DNA of 45,239 nt from Candidatus Hydrogenedentota bacterium (GTDB lineage: Bacteria > Hydrogenedentota > Hydrogenedentia > Hydrogenedentales > SLHB01): contig BTWA01000045.1 in the NCBI GenBank assembly GCA_045863295.1, forward strand, positions 1-45,239, given 5' to 3'. Shown here one piece after another: positions 8,047 through 17,798 of this stretch. Below the pieces are notes generated by a model. The model had not been told where the DNA came from, ran no database searches, and was given only the letters and a program-made list of their open reading frames with translations. Each line of letters opens with the position of its first letter. Within the stretch, counting starts at the first letter, position 1. A program made the translations under genes and the position numbers.

Positions 8047-10920
8047 GTGACCCCCGAGGACCAAACCAAAAACTCAGACGCCGCAAGCGATGCCGAAGGT
8101 GTCTGGCCGATCGACGATTACGCTTCGCTCGGGCACGGTGATCTGGATGCCCTTCTGTCAAATCCGGAAGCGGAATCCGAGACGCCGGGCTCGGAACAGT
8201 TACTGCAAGACGACATCGATCGGCTGCTCGCCGCGCAAATGGGCCTCGAACATGCGGAAGCCGAAGCGGAAGCCGAAGTTCCAATCGTCGACCGCGGCGA
8301 ATTGGATGACACCCTCTCGCGTGCCCCTGACGACGAAACGCTGGCGGCGCACGGAATGGACGACACCCTCGTAACACCGCAACTGGGGTCCGCTCCATTC
8401 GATGACTCCGACGAAGCCAGCGAACTTGCCAAAATTGAGTCCCTCCTGCAAAACATCGACAAGGAAGACGCTACTGAAACCACGGCCGCTTCGGACGAGG
8501 CAGACATTGGCCTCGATCAATCCATGGTCGATGAACTGCTACGCCAAGCGCAGCATACCGATACCGCGCCGCCGGAACCCGACATCGATGAGATAGCGCT
8601 GACCGAATCGGTCGCACCCACACAACCCGTGCAGGCAGTCAAACCTCCGCCCGAGGTAATGGAAGTACCTTCATTTCCCCCGCAAATCGACGAAGCGTTG
8701 TTGGAGGATCTCGATAAGCCGCAAGAAGGATCGGAGGCGAAGCCCCCGCGCAAACGCTTGAATTTGCCGGTCGCATGGATTCAACGCAACGGAAATCGGG
8801 CCATAACGTCCTTGGCCGCTGGCCTCGTTGCAGCACTGGCCACCTACTCGCTGCTACGGGGGTTCTCTCCCGCAACCACTGTAGATACCGCGCCGCTGGC
8901 ACAGTCGGAAGATGTACTGGTCGCGGCTACAGTACAAACGGCCCGCGACCTGATGGAACAAGGCAGACCGAACGACGCCGCAACGGCGCTGTCTGATTTG
9001 ATCAGCGCGAACCCGGGTCCGCCTGCGCCCGACGCAGCCTATTGGCTTGCACGCGCACGCTACGAGGCGTTGCCGCAAAGTCCCGACTCAATTGCCGCTT
9101 CAGCCGCACAGAATGCAATCGACGATTTCACGTCGGTGGCGCCGGGCGATCCGAGGATTCCCGAATCGCTGCAATGGAAAGCGGACATTTACGAACGTAC
9201 CAACATCCCGCTCGCCGCACTGGATGTCTACAAAGGTCTGATTGCGAACTTTGCCAACCTGCCGGCACTGGATGAAATACTCCTGAAAGCGTCGAAGACC
9301 GCCTTGGCGGTTGACCGGACCCCCGAAGCATTCGATTTTCTTAGACGACTCATCGACGAATTCCCCGGCTCCAGTAGATTGCTCGAAGCGCGTCTCCTTC
9401 TGGGCGACGCCTATGCGAAAGCAGGGCATCCGGAGGAATCAACCACACTCTATAAGGAAATTGCCGCCAGCATCCCAAGAGACCGAACCAATCCTGATAC
9501 CGTTGCTTTACACAACCGGACTGTAGCCACCGCATACACCCGGCTTGCCCAACTGGCGTTCGACGCGGGAGACTTCGAGTCTGCAATTCAATTGCTCGAA
9601 AACCGGCTGCAAACGGCAACCACTGCGGACGGAAATGAACAAATCTATTTGTTACTCGCGAATTCCTACAAAATGGCCGGTAAACCCGCAGAAGCGGAAA
9701 TGAAATTGCGCGAGCTGCTGGACTTCTTTCCGGAAAATGATTTGACGCCCCAGGCCTATGCGATGCTTGCCGAAATACTCGCCTCTCAGGGCAAGCAGGA
9801 AGAGGCCATGCGCATCGCCAGCGAAGGTACGAACCGGTTTCCGAAACAAGGGAGTGTCCTGAAAACCAAAGCCACTTTGATGGAACAAACCGGTGACTTG
9901 CGCGGGGCGGCCAAGGCGCTCATTGCAGCCGACGAGTCGGGACAAAGCCGCTCGGCCTCGTTGCTCGCCGCGGGCAGATTGTATCGAAAAATGGGTGAAC
10001 TGACAGACGCTCAATACGTGTTGGAAGACTTGCTTGAAAACTATCCCAGCGCGCCCGAGTCGTTTGACGCCGCCGTCGAACTGGCAGGCGTGCTGCATGA
10101 GCGGGGCAAAGTCGGCTCGGCCATCGAAAGAATGACCGTACTCTTGGAATCGGCAGCGGGCACCCCGCGCGAGTTGCCTGTTGTGCTGGCCATGGCGCGT
10201 ACCTACGCTGATTTGCACATCACTGACAAGGCGGCGGAATTGTACAAGCAGGCTGCCGCGCTGACTTCGGAACCCGATATTCTGGCCGAATCCGCAATCG
10301 CACTGTTTCGCGCCAAGGTATGGAATGAAGGCATGGCGGTCGCCGAACGGGTAGACACGTCCGCGCTGGCTGCGGGACGCGCATACACATTCGAGATGGC
10401 GTACGGTCAGGCGCTCTTGCGGCTCGACGCCGATCGAGGGGTGCAATTGATGGAACTCGCCTATAACGGGTATCCGGATATGCGCGCGGAACCGGATGAA
10501 TTGACTCTGTTCCGTACGTACCTATCGTTGGACCGGACTGAAAGCGCGCAGAACTTGTTGGAGGGCGTAAAGACATTTGTTGAAAAGAATCCAATTGCGC
10601 TGCCTCGCCTTCACACCCTGTGCGCACTACTCGGCGATTACCATTACCGGAAAGGCAACTACAAAGAAGCGGCGGAGACGTTTGCCCTGGCGCAGGGTTC
10701 GGACGTTTACGCCAGCGAAACCACGTATTGGGCGCAATTTCAACGCGCGAACGCCCTGAACAAACTTGGCCAATGGGAAGAATGCCTCGCCTTGTATGAC
10801 AAAGTCGCCGCTGCCCAAACAGAATGGTCGGACGATGCCAAAGTGCGCGCCGATGTGGTTCGACTGGAACAACGCCTAAAGGCCGGCGGCCGTACGCCCG
10901 CGGCCAACGCAGTAGGATAA
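8047..10920 (+). CDS. Membrane-anchored tetratricopeptide-repeat protein with an acidic disordered N-terminus, probably flagellum-associated
   Basis: About 240 aa D/E/P-rich N-terminus, one TM (ITSLAAGLVAALATYSLL, about 8803-8856), then many TPR-like helical pairs (e.g. LIDEFPGS..LLEARLLLGDAYAKAG). GTG start follows GGAG. Confidence 0.8.
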   Translation: MTPEDQTKNSDAASDAEGVWPIDDYASLGHGDLDALLSNPEAESETPGSEQLLQDDIDRLLAAQMGLEHAEAEAEAEVPIVDRGELDDTLSRAPDDETLAAHGMDDTLVTPQLGSAPFDDSDEASELAKIESLLQNIDKEDATETTAASDEADIGLDQSMVDELLRQAQHTDTAPPEPDIDEIALTESVAPTQPVQAVKPPPEVMEVPSFPPQIDEALLEDLDKPQEGSEAKPPRKRLNLPVAWIQRNGNRAITSLAAGLVAALATYSLLRGFSPATTVDTAPLAQSEDVLVAATVQTARDLMEQGRPNDAATALSDLISANPGPPAPDAAYWLARARYEALPQSPDSIAASAAQNAIDDFTSVAPGDPRIPESLQWKADIYERTNIPLAALDVYKGLIANFANLPALDEILLKASKTALAVDRTPEAFDFLRRLIDEFPGSSRLLEARLLLGDAYAKAGHPEESTTLYKEIAASIPRDRTNPDTVALHNRTVATAYTRLAQLAFDAGDFESAIQLLENRLQTATTADGNEQIYLLLANSYKMAGKPAEAEMKLRELLDFFPENDLTPQAYAMLAEILASQGKQEEAMRIASEGTNRFPKQGSVLKTKATLMEQTGDLRGAAKALIAADESGQSRSASLLAAGRLYRKMGELTDAQYVLEDLLENYPSAPESFDAAVELAGVLHERGKVGSAIERMTVLLESAAGTPRELPVVLAMARTYADLHITDKAAELYKQAAALTSEPDILAESAIALFRAKVWNEGMAVAERVDTSALAAGRAYTFEMAYGQALLRLDADRGVQLMELAYNGYPDMRAEPDELTLFRTYLSLDRTESAQNLLEGVKTFVEKNPIALPRLHTLCALLGDYHYRKGNYKEAAETFALAQGSDVYASETTYWAQFQRANALNKLGQWEECLALYDKVAAAQTEWSDDAKVRADVVRLEQRLKAGGRTPAANAVG

Positions 10921-10926
10921 TCAAGT

Positions 10927-11364
10927 ATGGGCGCGCAAACGTTAGTGGACAGACTGTCGAACCTGTTCGACCGGCAGATCGCTTTCTATGATGAACTACT
11001 GCGCGATCAGCAAACGCTGAATCAAAGACTGGACGCAGACGATCTCACCAATATGACCGTGCTGGAGCAACACCGGGCTTCGGAAATGAACGCACTGCAG
11101 CAAGAGCAGGCACTACTCATGCGCGAATGGGCGGAAGCCAAACCAACAACCGGCGAGAGGGAAGCGGTGAGAAAGAAAATGGCCGATGCCATGGTGCGTG
11201 CGGAAAAACTCATGGAGTGCTATGAAACGGCCATTCTAGAGGTAGAGCGGCGAAAATCCGCCGTCGCGGCACAACAAGCCGACCTGCAAAGAGGACGCAC
11301 GCTACTCGATAGATATCGCCCCACCGACACTTCGGCGCCCGATTCGTTGGACAGCCAGGCATGA
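10927..11364 (+). CDS. FlgN/FliT-like flagellar export chaperone
   Basis: Small all-helical coiled protein (LxxLFDRQIAFYDELL...Q..L...DL) ending in a Y...S.DSQA tail; flagellar context. Confidence 0.55.
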   Translation: MGAQTLVDRLSNLFDRQIAFYDELLRDQQTLNQRLDADDLTNMTVLEQHRASEMNALQQEQALLMREWAEAKPTTGEREAVRKKMADAMVRAEKLMECYETAILEVERRKSAVAAQQADLQRGRTLLDRYRPTDTSAPDSLDSQA

Positions 11365-11400
11365 ACTGCGCGCCAATGCGTACCATCGTGAGTACTCAAC

Positions 11401-12552
11401 ATGGTCAATGACGCGAAAATTGACCTTCAAACCCTCCAGTCCGCGTTCGAAATGTTTACGCAGACCACCCAGACCATGGAGGAATCCTACCGCAGGCTCG
11501 AACAACGATTGGCGGACATGGATCGAGAGCTTGCAGACAAGAATCGCGAATTGGCCATTACAAGTGACTACCTGAACTCCATATTGGAAAGTATTTCGGA
11601 TGGCGTCATTGCCATTGATACCGATGGCCGGATTACGGCATTCAACAAGGCCGCGTCCGCAATTCTGGGGTACGCCGCGTGCGACGTGCGTGAGAAAGCG
11701 TTCGCCGATCTGTTCGGCAGAGACTTCGCCGCACCCAAGACAAGCCAATTTCTGGAATTGCGCTCGGAACAGGGTCTGTATGTCCCCGTCAGCGAACGCG
11801 ATGCACCGCTCTCCGACCGGGCTGGAAATCAAATTGGCCGGGTTAAAGTATTTCAAGACCTGACAGAGATTGAAGCCCTAAGAAACAGGCTCGCCCAACA
11901 GGACCGCCTCGCGGCCGTGGGACAACTCGCGGCCACGGTCGCACACGAAATCAGAAATCCGCTCGGTGGAATTCGCGGTTTTGCCGCACTTTTGTCGCGC
12001 GATATCGCCGCCGATGATCCGCGGCATCGTTTGGTGGAAAAAATCGAGCGCGGTGCCAAAGACCTCGAACGAGTTGTAACGGAGTTGCTCGAATATACGC
12101 GCCCCATGCCCTTGCAAATGCGTCCGGCCAACGTACACGATTTGACGGACGCCGCCTTGAATTACCTCGAGATCGGAGATAAGTCGATCGAAATCCGAAA
12201 CAGTGCGCGAAGTGACATACGTGTTCTCGCCGACCCCGATCGAATGCGGCAGGTATTGCTCAACCTTTTTATGAACGCCGTCCAAAGTATGGAGAGTCCA
12301 GGGGTCTTGACCATTGAATCGTCCCTTGATGGAGACAGTGTCGTGCTCAATGTAACAGATACCGGATGCGGCATGACCCATGAACAGCGCAAACAAATCT
12401 TCACCCCGTTCTTCACCACCAAGGAAAAAGGCACGGGGCTCGGATTGGCCCTTGCGGAAAAAATCGTTACCGCACATGGGGGAGTGATTGAAGTCAATAG
12501 CGAACCGGGTGCAGGTTCGACCTTCAAGGTCTGCCTCCCCCGGATGGAGTGA
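11401..12552 (+). CDS. Soluble PAS histidine kinase, FleS/FlrB-like
   Basis: N-terminal coiled coil AFEMF...EESYRRLE, PAS (DGVIAID.DG.I..FN.AA), H-box AHEIRNPL, N-box NLFMNA, G-boxes DTGCG and FFTTK..GTGLGL. No TM segment. Confidence 0.88.
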   Translation: MVNDAKIDLQTLQSAFEMFTQTTQTMEESYRRLEQRLADMDRELADKNRELAITSDYLNSILESISDGVIAIDTDGRITAFNKAASAILGYAACDVREKAFADLFGRDFAAPKTSQFLELRSEQGLYVPVSERDAPLSDRAGNQIGRVKVFQDLTEIEALRNRLAQQDRLAAVGQLAATVAHEIRNPLGGIRGFAALLSRDIAADDPRHRLVEKIERGAKDLERVVTELLEYTRPMPLQMRPANVHDLTDAALNYLEIGDKSIEIRNSARSDIRVLADPDRMRQVLLNLFMNAVQSMESPGVLTIESSLDGDSVVLNVTDTGCGMTHEQRKQIFTPFFTTKEKGTGLGLALAEKIVTAHGGVIEVNSEPGAGSTFKVCLPRME

Positions 12553-12554
12553 CC

Positions 12555-13907
12555 ATGGCGACAGCACGAGTTCTGGTTATCGATGACGAAGCGCTCATGC
12601 GCGAGTATGTGGTGGAGGCGCTTGAACGGGCTGGATACGCCGTTCAAGCCGCGGAAACCGGACAAGCAGGCATCCTTGCCGCCACCAGGGAGTCGTTTGA
12701 TGTCGTAGTCAGCGACCTAAAGATGACCCCCGTCGATGGCCTTGAAGTAGTGCGGTCGATTCGTTCTGAATCCCCCGACACTCAGGTCATCATCATGACC
12801 GCATACGGCACCGTGGAAACGGCCATTGCTGCGTTGAAAGCCGGCGCGTGCGACTACATCATGAAACCGTTTTCACCCGACGAGCTTGAGCTGGTCGTCG
12901 ATCGGGCCATCGAGAATCAACGGCTCAAACAAGAAAACCGCTACCTGCGCGCGGAATTGGATCAACGCTTCGGCTTTGGGGCCATGGTTGGCGACTCCAT
13001 GCCCATGGGGAAAATCTATGATCAGATTCGCCTCGTCGCCGCAAGCCGCGCAACCGTGCTGATTCGCGGCGAAAGCGGTACCGGAAAGGAACTCGTCGCT
13101 CGCGCCATACACTCTGCGGGCCCGCGCAAGGAAAAGCCATTCATCAAAGTGAACTGCGCCGCCTTGTCCGCTGGACTCCTGGAGAGCGAACTCTTTGGCC
13201 ATGAAAAAGGCTCGTTTACGGGGGCACACGAACGCAAAATCGGACGATTCGAACTCGCCGACCAAGGCACCCTGCTCCTCGACGAAATCAGCGAAATGAG
13301 CCTCGAACTGCAGCCTAAATTGCTTCGGGCGCTCCAGGAACGCGAGTTTGAGCGGGTGGGAGGGGCCAAACCCATCCAGGCTGACGTTCGGATCGTGTGT
13401 ACCTCCAATCGAAATCTCGAGGAAGCCGTCGAGAAGGGTCAATTTCGTGAAGACCTGTTCTATCGTATCAACGTCATTCCCATTCACCTGCCTCCCCTGA
13501 GGGAACGGGCGGAAGACGTGCCCGCGTTGCTCGAATACTTCCTCAATCGATACACATCGGAAAATGGAAGAGACATTAGCGGGTTCTCCGAAGACGCAAT
13601 ACAGATGTTGAAGGAATACCCATGGCCCGGCAACGTAAGGGAACTTCAAAATTCCGTGGAGCGGGCAGTAGTGCTGTCAACCGATCGCATACTCGACTCC
13701 CGGCACTTTCCGCTTGGCGTGGCCCCCGCGCCAAAGCCCCAGGCGAATGGCCTTGTCCTGAAAGTGGGTACAAAAGTCGCCGAAATGGAGCGCCAATTGA
13801 TTATGGCTACCCTGGAACAGTGCCAGGATAACCGGACCCACGCCGCAAAGATTCTGGGTATCAGCGTACGTACGCTACGCAACAAATTGAAAGAGTATTT
13901 CGGCTAA
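12555..13907 (+). CDS. Sigma54-dependent response regulator (NtrC family), FleR/FlrC-like
   Basis: Receiver (VIDDE, SDLKM, TAYG, KPF), AAA+ Walker A GESGTGKE, GSFTGA loop, LLDEISE, FREDLFYR, WPGNVREL, and a Fis-type HTH. Confidence 0.92.
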   Translation: MATARVLVIDDEALMREYVVEALERAGYAVQAAETGQAGILAATRESFDVVVSDLKMTPVDGLEVVRSIRSESPDTQVIIMTAYGTVETAIAALKAGACDYIMKPFSPDELELVVDRAIENQRLKQENRYLRAELDQRFGFGAMVGDSMPMGKIYDQIRLVAASRATVLIRGESGTGKELVARAIHSAGPRKEKPFIKVNCAALSAGLLESELFGHEKGSFTGAHERKIGRFELADQGTLLLDEISEMSLELQPKLLRALQEREFERVGGAKPIQADVRIVCTSNRNLEEAVEKGQFREDLFYRINVIPIHLPPLRERAEDVPALLEYFLNRYTSENGRDISGFSEDAIQMLKEYPWPGNVRELQNSVERAVVLSTDRILDSRHFPLGVAPAPKPQANGLVLKVGTKVAEMERQLIMATLEQCQDNRTHAAKILGISVRTLRNKLKEYFG

Positions 13908-14038
13908 TTCACCGAAATAGACAATTTCGGACACAATTCAGGTAAAATAAGAAAAAGGGTGCAGAGACGTGCGTCAATAGGGTCAAAACCGCTGGAAATC
14001 GCCACGCTCAAAGACATAGGGCGATTCTCGCATCCTTT

Positions 14039-14047
14039 TGCTATAAT
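14039..14047 (+). promoter_or_regulatory. Extended -10 promoter element for pilC
   Basis: TGcTATAAT about 40 nt upstream of the AAGGAG RBS and ATG 14086. No clear -35. Confidence 0.45.
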
Positions 14048-14085
14048 TCCGGTTGTAAACTGTAAACGGCAAGGAGCACCTACTT

Positions 14086-15306
14086 ATGCCCACGTATGCC
14101 TATGTTGCTCGGACGCGGGAAGGTAAGCAGGAACGGGGAACGCTCTCGGCAGACAACAGGCAAGCGCTCGCTCGTTCACTGCAAACCCGCGGTCTGACCT
14201 TGGACACTGCACGCGAGCAGGGGGCAGGCCGTACGCGCCCCGCCGGAATCCGAGGCGGGGGGCCGCGCATCAAATCGACGGAACTGCTGGTATTCACACG
14301 CCAGTTGTCCACCATCGTCAATGCGGGGCTGCCATTGCTGCAGGGGCTCGACATCCTTGGCGAACAAACGGATGACCCGCGTTTCGCGAACGTGATGCAG
14401 GAAATCGGCCAGGACGTCGAAGGCGGCGAATCCTTTTCCGAAGCGCTAAGGAAACACCCGCGCATATTCAGCGATCTCTATGTCAGCATGGTTCGCGCCG
14501 GCGAGGCAAGCGGTAATCTGGATGAAGTATTGCTCCAACTCGCTGACTACCTGGAGTCGATGGAAGATCTGAAGCGCCGAATCAAAGGAGCCATGACCTA
14601 TCCCGTCGTGGCCTTGGCGTTGATCCTGCTCATCGCGTCCGGCTTGTTAATATTCGTTGTGCCACAGTTTGCCACCATTTTCGAGGAAATGGGCGCCAAA
14701 CTTCCGCTACCAACCCTCATATTGATTCAGGTAAGCCAAATCATGCGCAGTTGGCAGGCCCTGATTGTTGTCGCCGTGTTCATTGGAATTGTCATCGCCG
14801 TGCGCATGTACGGTCAAACTGAAACCGGACGCCTCAACCTTGATCGGCTAAAATTACGGCTGCCCGTATTTGGAAAACTATTTCGAAAAGTCGCTATCAG
14901 CCGGTTTTCCCGCACCCTCAGTACACTGACCCGAAGTGGCGTCGCAATTCTCGGCGCGTTGGAGATCGTTGAGCGCACCGCCGGAAACGAAGTGTTCGCG
15001 CGCGTTGTGCGGGCCGCCGGCGATGCCGTGCGAAACGGTGAAACCCTGGCGGAACCCCTGGCCCGAAGCAACGAATTTCCGGCCATGGTTACCCGCATGA
15101 TCGGCGTGGGGGAGAAGACCGGTGCCTTGGAGCAGATGCTTGGTAAGATATCCGATTTCTACGATTCAGAAGTGAAGGCCTTGGTAGACAGCTTGACCAA
15201 ACTCATCGAACCCATTCTTATCGTAATAATGGGTATTGTGGTCGGCGGCATGGTGATCGCCCTCTTCATGCCCATGCTTAAACTGGGTCAACTCGTACAA
15301 CAATAA
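14086..15306 (+). CDS. pilC: Type IV pilus / T2SS inner-membrane platform protein (PilC/GspF family)
   Basis: FTRQLSTIVNAGLPL, MVRAGEASGNL, AMTYP, MIGVGEKTGAL, LIEP...GGMVIALFMP. Confidence 0.9.
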   Translation: MPTYAYVARTREGKQERGTLSADNRQALARSLQTRGLTLDTAREQGAGRTRPAGIRGGGPRIKSTELLVFTRQLSTIVNAGLPLLQGLDILGEQTDDPRFANVMQEIGQDVEGGESFSEALRKHPRIFSDLYVSMVRAGEASGNLDEVLLQLADYLESMEDLKRRIKGAMTYPVVALALILLIASGLLIFVVPQFATIFEEMGAKLPLPTLILIQVSQIMRSWQALIVVAVFIGIVIAVRMYGQTETGRLNLDRLKLRLPVFGKLFRKVAISRFSRTLSTLTRSGVAILGALEIVERTAGNEVFARVVRAAGDAVRNGETLAEPLARSNEFPAMVTRMIGVGEKTGALEQMLGKISDFYDSEVKALVDSLTKLIEPILIVIMGIVVGGMVIALFMPMLKLGQLVQQ

Positions 15307-15326
15307 CTCTACAAAAGAGGCTCGTT

Positions 15327-15365
15327 CGAGAGGAACCGCCCTTGGCGGTTCCTCTCGTGTTTTTC
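15327..15365 (+). terminator. Rho-independent terminator after pilC
   Basis: 14-bp stem CGAGAGGAACCGCC-CTT-GGCGGTTCCTCTCG followed by TGTTTTT. Confidence 0.85.
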
Positions 15366-15469
15366 GGGATTTTCTGGTTTATATAGTCGATTCTAACGTG
15401 TGTCTGACCAATAGTTTAGGCATCCAACTCTGCTTCCCACGGATTCCTAATGTATACTGAGGCGCACAC

Positions 15470-15496
15470 TAAAGTTTTGACGCGAAAAGCCGATAA
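15470..15496 (+). promoter_or_regulatory. Sigma28 (FliA) promoter of fliD-fliS
   Basis: Exact consensus TAAAGTTT-N11-GCCGATAA, 44 nt upstream of the fliD ATG. Confidence 0.9.
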
Positions 15497-15540
15497 ACTG
15501 TACATACGGCGCGACAAGCGCGCCCACGGCGGGTAATGAT

Positions 15541-17253
15541 ATGTCAGGTTCATTCAGCATCGGGGGCTTGGTCTCCGGACTCAACAGCAACGAAATCATC
15601 ACCCAGCTTATCCAACTCGAACGCCAGCCCATTAATCGGCTGGAAGACCGCATCTTGGCTTTCCGCACTCAACAGGAAGCCATCTCTGGACTCCGGACGC
15701 AACTCCTTACCCTGCGTAACCGCGTCCAGGACTTCCGGCTCTCCGACGCCGTATTCAACCAATTCACAGCCACTTCCAGTACGGAAAGCGTATTGCGCGC
15801 GGAAGTGGCCTCCGAAAATCCAGTCTCCGGCTCGTTCACCATCAATGTGCAGACGCTGGCTAGCGCATCGGTCGCCACCAGCAGCACATCGATTGGCGCG
15901 GCCATCAACCCTGCCGCCGCCCTTAACAGCAGCGGCATTGCTACGACCATTAACGCAGGCACCTTCACTATTAACGGCGTGCAGTTCAATGTGGACCCCA
16001 CGACGAATTCTCTGAACAACATCCTGTCCACCATAAACGGCAGCGCAGCCGGCGTGACCGCCACCTACAACGCCGCCACGGACAAGGTTACTTTTGCAAA
16101 TACGACACCGGGCGACACGAGCATCATCAACTTCGGCGCATCCGGAGATACAAGCAATCTTCTAAACGTGCTGAATGTCGTCGGAGCCACACAGAGTACA
16201 GTGGCCGGTGTAACGCAAGTCACTAGTACGCGAAATCTCGGCGCCGTCGACCCCGCGGATACGCTCAATACAATCAGCTTCGCGGGAGGAGCGGTCACAT
16301 CCGGTAGCTTCCAGATTAACGGAACCACCATCACGGTAGACAACGCCAATGACTCGCTAAGCGCCGTGATTGCGCGCATTAATGCAAGCGATGCGGGTGT
16401 CAGCGCAAGTTATGACACCGCAACCGACACCATCCGCGTCGTCTCCAACACACTGGGCAGCCGAACCATCCGGTTTACCGCGGGCACCAGCAACTTCTTG
16501 AATGTAACCAACCTCACCACAGCCACGCAGACCGCGGGCACGGATTCAACCTTCACGGTGAACGGAGGTCCCGTCCAAACGCGCAACAGCAATCAGGTTA
16601 CTGATGCCATCGGCGGCGTAACACTCAATTTCCTCAGCGTTGGCACAAGTACAGTGACCGTGGAGACCGACAACGACGCCATCGTAGAAGATGTTCAGGC
16701 GTTCGTTACCGCATACAACGAGTCGATTACAAGCATTCGCGCATTGGTCGGCCAGGGCGGACGGCTCGAAAACGATGCCACTATCCGCCAGATCGATACA
16801 TTCCTGAAGTCCACGGTGTTCAATACCGTTACCGGACTCGGCGGAAGCTTGCAAACGCTGCTGGATATCGGTATCTCGACAGGCAGCACGTTCACCCAGG
16901 AGAATGCCGGACTGCTGGAACTCGATGAGGAAGCATTCCTTGAAGCGCTCCAGGAGGATCCGGGCAGTGTGCAGTCGCTCTTCTCGAACAGCAACGGAAA
17001 CGGCATTGCCGATCAGTTGTTCACCTATCTCGACGAAACGACTGGACTGAACGGGTTCCTGAATCAACGTTCCAGGTCGAACGGCATTATCGAACAGCAA
17101 ATCGATGCCTTGAATGATCGCATTGAGCGATTGGAACAGCGCGTAGAGTTTAAGGAACAGCGCCTCCGCGCTCAGTTCGCACGGCTGGAAACCTTATCGT
17201 CGTCCCTTCAATCGCAAAGCTCGTCACTCGCGGCGATTGCGTCCCAGTTCTAA
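15541..17253 (+). CDS. fliD: Flagellar filament cap protein FliD
   Basis: FliD_N (GLVSGLNSNEIITQLIQLERQP), T/N/S-rich middle, and FliD_C (SNQVTDAIGGVTL, FVTAYN, C-terminal RLRAQFARLE..S.L.SQ). Confidence 0.93.
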   Translation: MSGSFSIGGLVSGLNSNEIITQLIQLERQPINRLEDRILAFRTQQEAISGLRTQLLTLRNRVQDFRLSDAVFNQFTATSSTESVLRAEVASENPVSGSFTINVQTLASASVATSSTSIGAAINPAAALNSSGIATTINAGTFTINGVQFNVDPTTNSLNNILSTINGSAAGVTATYNAATDKVTFANTTPGDTSIINFGASGDTSNLLNVLNVVGATQSTVAGVTQVTSTRNLGAVDPADTLNTISFAGGAVTSGSFQINGTTITVDNANDSLSAVIARINASDAGVSASYDTATDTIRVVSNTLGSRTIRFTAGTSNFLNVTNLTTATQTAGTDSTFTVNGGPVQTRNSNQVTDAIGGVTLNFLSVGTSTVTVETDNDAIVEDVQAFVTAYNESITSIRALVGQGGRLENDATIRQIDTFLKSTVFNTVTGLGGSLQTLLDIGISTGSTFTQENAGLLELDEEAFLEALQEDPGSVQSLFSNSNGNGIADQLFTYLDETTGLNGFLNQRSRSNGIIEQQIDALNDRIERLEQRVEFKEQRLRAQFARLETLSSSLQSQSSSLAAIASQF

Positions 17254-17279
17254 GCGGAAATTACAAGGAGAGTTTGCCC

Positions 17280-17729
17280 ATGGCCTACACAGCTTCAACG
17301 GTCGGGACGTACAAACGTATCGGCGTGGAAACCGCATCGCAAGGCAAACTGATTGTGATGATGTTCAACGGCGCGATGCAGCGTGCGGAAGAAGCCCGCC
17401 GTTTGCTGGAGGCGGGTAAGCGCGATGGCGTGCACAACAATCTCATCCGCGCACAGGAAATCCTCGGCGAGTTGAGGGGCGCCCTGAACATGGATATGGG
17501 CGAAATCGCACGCAACCTCGATCGCATCTACGAATACATTCAGCACCTGCTTATCCAGGCGAACATTCGCAAAGACTCAAAACCCATTCTCGAAGCGGTC
17601 GAGCACATGGGAGCCATGCGGGATACCTGGATTGAGACCTTTGAAAAAGTCGCGCGCGAAGATGCCGCGTTGCCAACAGGAATGCCAACAGGACGCCCAA
17701 GCGATGGGCTTATTAATATGAAGGGCTGA
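17280..17729 (+). CDS. fliS: Flagellin chaperone FliS
   Basis: Y....VETASQGKLIVMMFNGA, RAQEILGELRGALN, IARNLDRIYEY, LIQANI.KD, MRDTW. AAGGAG RBS. Confidence 0.93.
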   Translation: MAYTASTVGTYKRIGVETASQGKLIVMMFNGAMQRAEEARRLLEAGKRDGVHNNLIRAQEILGELRGALNMDMGEIARNLDRIYEYIQHLLIQANIRKDSKPILEAVEHMGAMRDTWIETFEKVAREDAALPTGMPTGRPSDGLINMKG

Positions 17730-17756
17730 CAGCAGCCGACACAGCACCGCAATTCT

Positions 17757-17795
17757 TCCCCCCGGGAGTACCCGCTGCCGGGGGATTCCTATTTT
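17757..17795. terminator. Probable hairpin terminator between convergent fliS and hemH
   Basis: CCCCCGG...CCGGGGG stem followed by a T-rich stretch. Confidence 0.4.
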
Positions 17796-17798
17796 CCC

